This document shows positions 1 to 8,293 of a stretch of DNA of 64,000 nt, in pieces. The stretch lies in IMG/VR virus record IMGVR_UViG_3300022555_003200; one strand, written 5' to 3'. Each line of letters begins with the position of its first letter. Position 1 is the first letter of the stretch. A program made the position numbers and the translations under genes. The DNA is from a virus. Taxonomy: Duplodnaviria > Heunggongvirae > Uroviricota > Caudoviricetes. The notes beneath the pieces were generated by a model that was given only the letters and a program-made list of their open reading frames with translations, made no database searches and was not told the origin of the DNA.

Positions 1-261
1 CATGGTGAGCCCATTCACTGTTATTTTCATCCGCAGTACCGGATCAGGCTTGACGGGACCAGGACGATCGCCGACAGGGACTTCCCGCTCGTTTTTTCTA
101 AGGATGATCTCGAGATCGTGTGCGACTTGAAAGATCTTAGGGGCTTCTTAAACGAAGGGTTTTATGACCACAAGTGGAAGTTTGAAGAGGACTATTTTCC
201 AAAAGAGACGCGTATGAAGGACGCCGGCCTTGCAGACCAGCAGAAGGAGGCTGTGGCATGA
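1..261 (+). CDS. partial hypothetical protein (5' end outside window)
   Basis: Frame 1 open from base 1 to TGA at 259-261, overlapping the next ATG (GCATGA). Confidence 0.6.
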   Translation, partial: HGEPIHCYFHPQYRIRLDGTRTIADRDFPLVFSKDDLEIVCDLKDLRGFLNEGFYDHKWKFEEDYFPKETRMKDAGLADQQKEAVA

Positions 262-755
262 AAAGCAACTACGAAGATATCTATATGGCGGCTTCTGAGG
301 GGAAGCTTCTGGAGCCGGTTTGGTTTGACGAGAATGGGTGCCCGAGGTTCGCTGTGTTCACTCCGGAGCTCTGCCCTGACATCTACGCCCAGGAAGTGAT
401 TCTGCTTGAGATTGCCTGCCAGGATTGCCATAAGAAGTTCCTGGTTCAGATGTCTAACTGGGCATGGAAGAGAGTGGAGTGTAGCTTCGCGAGGAGGATG
501 TCCCAGTACGTCAAGGACAAGAAGCTAGGGGTATGGTCACCACTCCACTACGGGGATCCGCCGAACCACGGATGCATAGGGGATACGATGAACTGCTATG
601 ACCTGAGGGTTGTGGAGTTTTGGGACAAATCCTGGGAGAGAGACAACACCTGGCTGAGACACCCAGAGTTTGAGGTTCAGCTGATGAAAGAGGAGGACTA
701 CGAGGACGATAAGGGAGATGAGTTGGACTATAGGGCGAGTGAAAATGAAGGATAA
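258..755 (+). CDS. hypothetical protein (CxxC, acidic tail)
   Basis: 165 aa ORF, SD GGAGG upstream, ATGA coupling. Confidence 0.7.
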   Translation: MKSNYEDIYMAASEGKLLEPVWFDENGCPRFAVFTPELCPDIYAQEVILLEIACQDCHKKFLVQMSNWAWKRVECSFARRMSQYVKDKKLGVWSPLHYGDPPNHGCIGDTMNCYDLRVVEFWDKSWERDNTWLRHPEFEVQLMKEEDYEDDKGDELDYRASENEG

Positions 756-921
756 GTGCAAGCTGTGTGACAAGGTAAGGCGTGGTAAATGGGCATTGCT
801 CTTCAGTCCCCCAATCATATCAGGGAGGACTATGGGAAGTGGTGTTTGGAAGCACCATATATGCCCCAGCTGTTATGAGGGTATCCTAACAAGTAAGAGA
901 GGGCACAGGGATGTAAAATGA
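745..921 (+). CDS. small Zn-finger hypothetical protein
   Basis: MKDKCKLC...ICPSC; start moved to ATG 745. Confidence 0.55.
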   Translation: MKDKCKLCDKVRRGKWALLFSPPIISGRTMGSGVWKHHICPSCYEGILTSKRGHRDVK

Positions 922-1130
922 GAATAGCCGGCGTAGCAAGGATGCACGAGTTTTGGGGCCGTTGTATGGATACGTTGAACGAGCAGATATCACCACTGGA
1001 ACAGGAGGAATCGAAGAAGTTGGCTATACAAGCTGTTCAGAGGACGTTACGGTCGTACCTTGATGATAAAGATGGTAAGAAGATAGTTCTTGATATAGTC
1101 GCGTATTGCCGGCTAAAGGACGACATGTGA
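918..1130 (+). CDS. hypothetical protein
   Basis: 70 aa, overlaps neighbours in a coupled run. Confidence 0.55.
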   Translation: MRIAGVARMHEFWGRCMDTLNEQISPLEQEESKKLAIQAVQRTLRSYLDDKDGKKIVLDIVAYCRLKDDM

Positions 1131-1396
1131 ACCTTTCAAGCGTTTGTGACAGATGCGGAGGAAGTCCGGAGCCGTTTGAGTGTGATAACGAGGACGGCAG
1201 CTTAGGGTACGAGACAGCCTACTATCACATAGTTTCTAAGGGGTACCAGGATCCAACTACTCTTATGAGCAGCGGCGCCATAATGTTCAAGGTCGCGGTC
1301 ATAAAAGAGCACCCGGTCCTTGAAGACGAGAAGTTTATATGTGCCTGTTGCTTCGATGAACTGTTTGAGGAAGAAGACGAGGACGACGAGTACTAG
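1127..1396 (+). CDS. small Zn-binding hypothetical protein
   Basis: GTGA overlap start, CDRC...CACC, acidic C-terminus. Confidence 0.6.
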   Translation: MNLSSVCDRCGGSPEPFECDNEDGSLGYETAYYHIVSKGYQDPTTLMSSGAIMFKVAVIKEHPVLEDEKFICACCFDELFEEEDEDDEY

Positions 1397-1484
1397 GGGC
1401 CACCACCCAACGCAAGACAGCACTCATAATACTTACGTCAGTACCTGTGCAAGACTTATTAAAACAATTTAGCTTTACCCCACG

Positions 1485-1527
1485 AAGCCGGTATCAGGGT
1501 ATCTTTCCTGGTGCCGGCTTTTTCTTT
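1485..1527 (+). terminator. Rho-independent terminator
   Basis: 14-bp stem aagccggtatcagg/cctggtgccggctt (2 G-U) followed by TTTCTTT. Confidence 0.8.
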
Positions 1528-1698
1528 GCCATTAAGTTTTTTTAACTATTTTTTATAAAAACGTACCATCTTTTTTGTCCGCCGTTATACTTATTTGGTA
1601 AGAGTAGTTATGCGAAGATTAGTTTTCTAAGGCTTTTTAAGTGAAAACAGTGAGAAAAGGGCTCTTTTGGCCTTTATAAATGGTTTAAGAGAAGTAAC

Positions 1699-1929
1699 GT
1701 GATCCGGCCGAATATTGACGAGTTAACGAAGCAACTTAACCAGGCAAGGCTCAAGGTAGCGGGTAAGTCTTACTTGTACGTAGACGAGTGCGATACCTGC
1801 GGAGCACCAATAGTCAAGTCCTACCAGCAGGGAAGGCCACGCAGCATGTGTAAGGAGTGCGTGGAAGCGGCTAAGGTGGCACGTAAGTGGGCAAGGAAGC
1901 AAGCACGCATTGAACAACTGACACAATAG
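1699..1929 (+). CDS. small Zn-ribbon protein upstream of portal
   Basis: 76 aa, CDTC...CKEC, follows AT-rich intergenic region. Confidence 0.6.
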   Translation: MIRPNIDELTKQLNQARLKVAGKSYLYVDECDTCGAPIVKSYQQGRPRSMCKECVEAAKVARKWARKQARIEQLTQ

Positions 1930-1944
1930 GGAGCCCCCAAGAAG

Positions 1945-4900
1945 ATGGATATCCTAAAGTTTCTACGCCAAAAGTTAGTTCCTGAACGCACCCCAGTCAC
2001 CCCGCCAGAAGTAAAGAAAGTAGCAACCTCCAAAGAAGACGCGGATATGTGGAAGGCGTATGGGATATCCAACGAAGCTCTCCGCCAGGTCATCTCAGAC
2101 CAAAACCTCATCATCTACGAACGCAGCTGCCTTCGTGGGGACACTAGAATTTCCCTCCTAGACGGAACTACTCCAACAATCAAAGAGATGGCTGAGAACA
2201 ACCAAGACTATGTTGGGAAGTACGTTCTTTCAGTTAATCCAACCACGCTTGAAATCGAGCCAGATAAGATATTAGCCGCAACAAAAACTCGCCTAAATGC
2301 AGAGATGATTCGCGTTCATCTAGACAATGAGAATCACATTGACTGCACACCAGACCATAAGTTTATGCTTAGGAATGGGACCTTTAAGGAAGCAAAGGAC
2401 TTGGCTCAAGGGGAAAGTTTGATGCCTTTGTACCTAAAGAAACCAGCAAAAGTTTTAAAAGATTATTTAATGGTTTACAAGCCGAAGGGTGGGTGGACAT
2501 ACGTTCATTGGCTAGTTGATAAGTTTTTCAACGGCAAACGCCCTAAGGGAGTGATAGTGCACCACAAGGGAGACGATCGGTGCAAATATGATAAGGTAAA
2601 CAATGACCCATCTTGTCTGGAAAGGATGTCAAAGTCCGACCACAACAAGATACATTTTAACGAAGTAAGTCACAAGGAGCATTTACAGAAACTTCATAGG
2701 AAGATGGTCAAGCCCAGAGAAACCAGAGAATGTTTGGGCGGATGCGGTCTTACAAAGACAGTTATTGTTACAAGCGACTGGAGGGTGTGCAGAGACTGTG
2801 CTAACAAACTAAACGCACAGAAGCCATTTTGGCTGCAAAAACGTAAAGATGCACAACAGGCTTTATGGAACAGTCCAGAATACAGGGAACAGCAAACAAA
2901 GGCTATTTGGAATATCAAAAGATATCGTAGACCCCTCCTGACTAAAACGTGTGTTGTGTGCGGATGTGAATTTACGACCAAAGTGGGGAATCGCCAGTCG
3001 TGCAGTAAGCGCGATTGTGTAATAGAGCTTATCAGACGAAAAACTACTGGGGTTAAGAAAACCAAGTCGCTCAAAAACCACAAAGTTTTATTTGTTGAGA
3101 CGCTTACTGTTCGTGAAGATGTTTACGATATTTCAACAGAACGTAACCACAATTTTCCAACGGTTGCCGGAGTATTTGTTCACAACTCGGTTTACCAGGT
3201 AGTCGATCGCTCACTTAACCACGCCCTCATGTGCTTCACAGGTGACACCAAGGTCGCCCTGCTTGACGGCAGGGATGTGTCAATGGAGCAGTTGGCTAAA
3301 GAGTATGAACAGGGTAAAGTAAACCATGTTTATTCGATAGACCTAGACGGTAAGAAGATCGTTCGTAGCCCGATTAAACGAGCTTGGAAGACTGGGACTA
3401 AGGAGATCTTGAAGGTTGTCTTGGACAACGGCGAAGAGATCCGCTGCACACTAGACCATAGGTTCATGCTTAGGGACGGATCATACAAGGAAGCCCAGCA
3501 GCTTAAGCCAGATGACTCCCTTATGCCTCTATACCGGTATGTGGATAAGGAGTACCGCAAGGGGTATTGGCGGCTCTACGACCCATTTAACGCACGCCAG
3601 GCAGAGCCAAAGCACTATAGCGTCCAGTACACATACTTCAACAAGAACCGCGGTACAGGTAATCATGTCCACCACTCTTACACAAATTTCAAAGACTCCG
3701 CATTAAATAAACTAGATGACTCTCCGGAGAACCACTCCATCCTCTCCAAAAAAGACCACAGTGCAGTTCACACGAAGCCACAGGAAGCCAGGTTCGCCCA
3801 GGCTATTCGTACCATTCAGAACCATTATGGGGTTAGCCGCGAAGAAGCCATTAGGATCTATGAGTTCAATCACAAGAAAGTTCCTTGCCCTGTATGCACG
3901 GATCTGATGGATCCACGTCGTAAGACGTGTTCGTATGAGTGTAGGAACTCCGCAATGAGAGGCAGGGCTCCTCACAATAAGGGTAAGATCGGGCAGACGG
4001 CTTGGAACAAAGGGCTGACAAAAGAAGACATTAGAGTTGCTAAGTATGCGACTAAGCCGCGTTGGAACGTCGGGCTCACAAAAGAGACAGACGAGCGCGT
4101 CATGCATATGGCGGAGTCTAAGGTTGGTGGGACACCGTGGAATAAGGGGATTAGGAATCACAAGGTAAAAGAAGTTGTAAGGCTAAACGCTGTGGCAGAC
4201 GTCTATGATCTAACAATAGAGCCATTCCACAATTTTGCTTTGTCCGCCGGAGTGTTTGTTCACAATAGCGCGGCGTGTGTCGCATTTGCAGACACAGCTT
4301 GTCAGCGCTCCCCACTACACGGTTCAACTGTGTGGGTAACTTCTGACAATAAAGAATATCGCTACCAGCTGGAGAAGATGCTGGACGTGATCAACATCGA
4401 GGAAGTCATATACGATTGGGCCTGGACTACAGCAGCTTTCGGTGATCTCTTTGTAGAGTGTTTTGGAGAACCAGGCGTAGGACTCATATGCGTCAACGAT
4501 GATAACCATCCAATCAACGTCAGCAGGGTAGATCACAACGGAAGATTAGTGGGGTTTTTCCAGACTCCACTCGGCTACGCAACTACAGACACCCGTAAGT
4601 TACTAGCACCGTGGGACCATGTACACTTCAGACTCTTAGGAGCCAAGAAGCGGAGGCCACTATACGCCGATCAACAATATTGTATAGCTGGAAATACACG
4701 AATAAATCTTCTAGATAATACAACCCCAACCATAAAAGAAATCACAGAGAACCTCGCTTTCTATAAAGGAAAATCTGTACTAACAATCAATCCGCAGACC
4801 CTTAATCTTGAGGTTGGGCAAATTGTAGATGCAAAGAAAACCCGCCTAGATGCTCAACTGGTACGTGTTCATCTTGATAATGAACAACATATTGACTGCA

Positions 4901-7900
4901 CACCAGATCATAAGTTTATGCTTAGGGATGGTAGCTACAAGGAAGCGCAGGATCTTTTCCAGGGAGAGAGCCTAATGCCGTTGTATACTCGAGAAGATTC
5001 CAGAAAGAGATTTAAGGATTACCAGCAGGTATATAACCCAGCAGATGGAGAATGGCATTTTATTCATAGGCTGGTTGCCAAGCAAACATATGGTAAGACT
5101 CCAAAAGGCAGTATTGTCCACCACTGGGGGGATGAACGAAAGTTGTTTGATAAGAAGAATAATGATCCCAAGTGTTTAGAGGTTGTTACTAAGGCTAAGC
5201 ACATGGAGATACATGCAAATAACTTAGATGAGCTTAGGCAGGATCCCGAATGGAAAGAGGCCCATAGAAAGTCAGTTAAGGATGGGGTCGCACGAAGTAA
5301 AGCTGAGAATCCTGAGCTGTGGGATGAGCACGGCAAGAAAATTAGTCAGAAAGCGGTAGAACGATTTGAAGACCCTGCTTATAGAGATAAGTTTAACCGG
5401 GCTATGGAAGAGCGAAATGAAAATACTGAGTGGAAAAGAAACATTGGAGAAGGCTCGAAGAAGGTTTGGAGCGATAAAGAGTATCACGATAAGCAGGCAA
5501 AAAGGACGAAAGAAGGTCAACAAAAAGCATACTCAGACCCAGCATTTAGACACCATTGTACAAACCTAATAAAAGAAGCTGTAAATGAGATAAAAGAACT
5601 AACCTGCAAATATTGTGGAAAGAAATGGGTAGGAAAATATCCAGGATTAGCAGGGCATGCCAAGGGATGCAAGGTGAGCCCCAAGAATTTAGAGAAGGCC
5701 GCTGTTCTAAACCACAAGGTAGTCATAGTTGAGTGGCTAACTGAAAGAGAGGATACTTACGATATAGAAATTTCAGGCAACCACAATTTTCCAGTAACAG
5801 CGGGTGTGTTTATTTCCAACAGCGAGTTCAGGACGGTGAGTATAATGACCCCAGATGCACGCCGATTAACCTCCAAGTACGGCACAAGCATCCTCGCAGA
5901 CGCCCTCCCAATTTGGAAACGCCTTAGGCTCGCAGAAGACTCTATCATGATGGCGCGAATTATGAAAAGTCCTCAACGCTTCCTCTTCAAAGTGACGATC
6001 CCAGAAGATAATGCAAACGCGGAAGCTGTAGCTAACCTGGTAGACCAGTACATGACTGAGATCAAACGTTGCTTGGTTGGTGACACCAAAATAGCTTTGT
6101 TGAACAATACTAATCCTACAATTAAGGAAATGGCTGAAAATAAGGAGAAGTATGTTGGAAAATACGTATACAGTGTTAATCCAATAACGAAGGCTATTGA
6201 GCCTGACAAGATTGTAGATGTCGCTAAGACAGTTGTTGATGCTACTGTTATGAGAGTTCATTTAGACAATGAAGAGTATGTCGAATGCACTCCAGACCAC
6301 AGGTTTATGATGAGGGACGGGAGCTTCAAAGAAGCCAAGGACTTGGTTCAGGGTGATAGCCTGATGCCATTGTATACTAAGGTAAGCAGCGAAGGCAGAC
6401 GGCAGGTTCTTAACCCCAAGACTGGAAAATTCCCGTTGGTGTATAAGCTTGTTTCGGAATGTATAGACGGGAAAACTCCTAAAGATTGTGTAGTTCACCA
6501 CGAAAACGAAAACAAGCTGGACGATGACCCGTCTAATCTGAAGATTGTTACCAAGCATGACCACATGTCTATTCATCACTTATTCACGGATAAGATTATT
6601 GCTAAGCGAGGGTCTATACAAGCGTGGAATAAAGGATTGACTAAAGAAACCGATGAAAGAGTTGCAAAGTATGCTAAAAGTGTTTCGGAGACCCAACAGG
6701 TACAATATGACTTAGGTTTTAGAAAAAGTTGGAATGACGGATTAACTAAAGAAACTGACCGTCGAATGCAAGTAATATCGGATAAAGTTAAACAGAGTAA
6801 TCCGATGGGTCGCCCCGAGGTTCGTGCCAAAGCGTCTAAGTCAAAGATGGGTAACCACAATAAACCAGTAGCACCTAAAGAGACTCGGGTTTGTGGGTGC
6901 GGTTGTGGTGAAACATTCGAATGTAAGATAAGTTCAGATCAAGCGTATGTTCAATACCATCACAGGAAGAATAAGAAAAATAGTCAGGATCATAATCGTA
7001 AGATTGCATTATCACATATTGGAAAGCCCGGGCATAAACAAACATTTGAATCGAGGAAGAAAATAAGTTTGGGCGGAAAAATTAGTTGGGCTAAGCGGAA
7101 ACACACAGTTCTCAACCATAAAGTAATAAGTGTAGAAGTTCTGCCGTATACAGTTGATACGTATGATATTTCTACAGAGAAGAACCACAACTTTGCATTG
7201 AGTTGTGGTATTTTTGTCCATAACTCTAGAGCACTCAATCTCGACTCCAACAACCCAGGCTACTTGGATCGCTTCAACGCTATGGCAAGTTGTGAGGATT
7301 TGATATTCCCGGTATGGGGAGACAGCAACAACCTCACGGTAGAGACCCTAGGTGGAGATACGGATATTAAGTGGATCGCTGACGTAGATAAACTTGAGAA
7401 TCAGTTGATTACCGCTCTAAAAGTCCCAAAGCAGCTCCTCGCGGGATTCTCAGGTGAAGGCGGTGGGGGCTTCGAAGGCGGTACAGCCTTAGAGCGTATG
7501 GACATCCGGTTCGCCAGACAAGCACGTAGAGTACAGAGAAGTTTGATCAACGGGCTCACCAGGATGGCACAGATACACCTTGCTTGGCAAGGCCTCGATC
7601 CTGACCTAGACCTTTTCCAGATCCACATGTCGCAATCTTCCAGTGCAGAAGAGGTAGAGCTCCAGGACGCACTAGGGAAGTCTGTGGATGCCACCCGCGG
7701 TTTGTACGACATGCTTCAGGATATGGTTGGAGTAGACCTCAACAAGAAAGAGCTCCTTACGTACTTCAATGAGAAGTTCTTTAAGCTGTCAGACCTTGAC
7801 TTAGACACCTTGTACCTGAAGGGTGATGCTAAGGCCATACAGGGAGACCATAGAGATGTTCCTGTACCTGGTGTAGAAGAGCCAGCAGCTGAAGGTGGAG

Positions 7901-8064
7901 AAGAGGAGCAAGAGGCAACCAACCCATTTAGAGAAAGTAAGGAGTCGCTACGAATCAGTGACTTGAGCTCGCCCCTTCCAAACCACAAGACAGGACAGTT
8001 GTGGGAGAGCCAGTGGAAGGATGCTCCCATTAACGTTACCTCCCTGAACGAAGGGACAAAGTAG
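1945..8064 (+). CDS. gp20: T4 gp20-like portal protein precursor with four inteins (2039 aa; 576 aa spliced)
   Basis: Exteins (61+15+138+83+279 aa) join to a portal-like protein (WAWTTAAFGDLFVE, HFRL, RLAEDSIMMARI, ERMDIRFARQARRVQ, LKVPK); position at start of head module. Confidence 0.85.
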   Translation: MDILKFLRQKLVPERTPVTPPEVKKVATSKEDADMWKAYGISNEALRQVISDQNLIIYERSCLRGDTRISLLDGTTPTIKEMAENNQDYVGKYVLSVNPTTLEIEPDKILAATKTRLNAEMIRVHLDNENHIDCTPDHKFMLRNGTFKEAKDLAQGESLMPLYLKKPAKVLKDYLMVYKPKGGWTYVHWLVDKFFNGKRPKGVIVHHKGDDRCKYDKVNNDPSCLERMSKSDHNKIHFNEVSHKEHLQKLHRKMVKPRETRECLGGCGLTKTVIVTSDWRVCRDCANKLNAQKPFWLQKRKDAQQALWNSPEYREQQTKAIWNIKRYRRPLLTKTCVVCGCEFTTKVGNRQSCSKRDCVIELIRRKTTGVKKTKSLKNHKVLFVETLTVREDVYDISTERNHNFPTVAGVFVHNSVYQVVDRSLNHALMCFTGDTKVALLDGRDVSMEQLAKEYEQGKVNHVYSIDLDGKKIVRSPIKRAWKTGTKEILKVVLDNGEEIRCTLDHRFMLRDGSYKEAQQLKPDDSLMPLYRYVDKEYRKGYWRLYDPFNARQAEPKHYSVQYTYFNKNRGTGNHVHHSYTNFKDSALNKLDDSPENHSILSKKDHSAVHTKPQEARFAQAIRTIQNHYGVSREEAIRIYEFNHKKVPCPVCTDLMDPRRKTCSYECRNSAMRGRAPHNKGKIGQTAWNKGLTKEDIRVAKYATKPRWNVGLTKETDERVMHMAESKVGGTPWNKGIRNHKVKEVVRLNAVADVYDLTIEPFHNFALSAGVFVHNSAACVAFADTACQRSPLHGSTVWVTSDNKEYRYQLEKMLDVINIEEVIYDWAWTTAAFGDLFVECFGEPGVGLICVNDDNHPINVSRVDHNGRLVGFFQTPLGYATTDTRKLLAPWDHVHFRLLGAKKRRPLYADQQYCIAGNTRINLLDNTTPTIKEITENLAFYKGKSVLTINPQTLNLEVGQIVDAKKTRLDAQLVRVHLDNEQHIDCTPDHKFMLRDGSYKEAQDLFQGESLMPLYTREDSRKRFKDYQQVYNPADGEWHFIHRLVAKQTYGKTPKGSIVHHWGDERKLFDKKNNDPKCLEVVTKAKHMEIHANNLDELRQDPEWKEAHRKSVKDGVARSKAENPELWDEHGKKISQKAVERFEDPAYRDKFNRAMEERNENTEWKRNIGEGSKKVWSDKEYHDKQAKRTKEGQQKAYSDPAFRHHCTNLIKEAVNEIKELTCKYCGKKWVGKYPGLAGHAKGCKVSPKNLEKAAVLNHKVVIVEWLTEREDTYDIEISGNHNFPVTAGVFISNSEFRTVSIMTPDARRLTSKYGTSILADALPIWKRLRLAEDSIMMARIMKSPQRFLFKVTIPEDNANAEAVANLVDQYMTEIKRCLVGDTKIALLNNTNPTIKEMAENKEKYVGKYVYSVNPITKAIEPDKIVDVAKTVVDATVMRVHLDNEEYVECTPDHRFMMRDGSFKEAKDLVQGDSLMPLYTKVSSEGRRQVLNPKTGKFPLVYKLVSECIDGKTPKDCVVHHENENKLDDDPSNLKIVTKHDHMSIHHLFTDKIIAKRGSIQAWNKGLTKETDERVAKYAKSVSETQQVQYDLGFRKSWNDGLTKETDRRMQVISDKVKQSNPMGRPEVRAKASKSKMGNHNKPVAPKETRVCGCGCGETFECKISSDQAYVQYHHRKNKKNSQDHNRKIALSHIGKPGHKQTFESRKKISLGGKISWAKRKHTVLNHKVISVEVLPYTVDTYDISTEKNHNFALSCGIFVHNSRALNLDSNNPGYLDRFNAMASCEDLIFPVWGDSNNLTVETLGGDTDIKWIADVDKLENQLITALKVPKQLLAGFSGEGGGGFEGGTALERMDIRFARQARRVQRSLINGLTRMAQIHLAWQGLDPDLDLFQIHMSQSSSAEEVELQDALGKSVDATRGLYDMLQDMVGVDLNKKELLTYFNEKFFKLSDLDLDTLYLKGDAKAIQGDHRDVPVPGVEEPAAEGGEEEQEATNPFRESKESLRISDLSSPLPNHKTGQLWESQWKDAPINVTSLNEGTK
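2128..3186 (+). mobile_element. intein 1 (353 aa) with HNH endonuclease
   Basis: CLRGDT start, CTPDHKF block B, VYDISTERNHNF...VHN then Ser; VHHK..NND HNH core. Confidence 0.93.
3232..4266 (+). mobile_element. intein 2 (345 aa) with HNH-like endonuclease
   Basis: CFTGDT start, CTLDHRF, VYDLTIEPFHNF...VHN then Ser; WNKGLTK repeats. Confidence 0.93.
4681..5820 (+). mobile_element. intein 3 (380 aa) with HNH endonuclease, ends Ser-Asn
   Basis: CIAGNT start, CTPDHKF, TYDIEISGNHNF...ISN then Ser. Confidence 0.92.
6070..7224 (+). mobile_element. intein 4 (385 aa) with HNH endonuclease
   Basis: CLVGDT start, CTPDHRF, TYDISTEKNHNF...VHN then Ser; VVHHENENKLDD HNH core. Confidence 0.93.
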
Positions 8065-8134
8065 TGTCCTGTATTCACGATTCCAAGAGGTGCGGCAGTT
8101 GCCCTAGGACAGACTGTCCGGATAGGGGGAAATA

Positions 8135-8293
8135 ATGGCTGTAAGAGAGCTGACATTTGAAGTTACGAAGTACGACGACAAGAAGAACCCACTAGAGTGC
8201 AAGTTAACCGCTGTGGGAGATCATGCGGATCTTCAGAAGGCGTTTAAGGAGCTTAGCCTTAACGTTATGAAAGCCAATGAGGACAAGAAGTAG
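8135..8293 (+). CDS. small hypothetical protein (52 aa, not in ORF track)
   Basis: SD AGGGGG, ATG 8135, TAG abuts next ATG. Confidence 0.5.
   Translation: MAVRELTFEVTKYDDKKNPLECKLTAVGDHADLQKAFKELSLNVMKANEDKK

Noticed and set aside
1675-1682. TATAAATG as a T4 late promoter
   Set aside because: One mismatch in an AT-rich tract, and I did not see it recur before other late genes.
8066-8130. Possible structured RNA after the portal gene
   Set aside because: Only short competing stems (GGACA/TGTCC, CCCT/AGGG); not enough to call.
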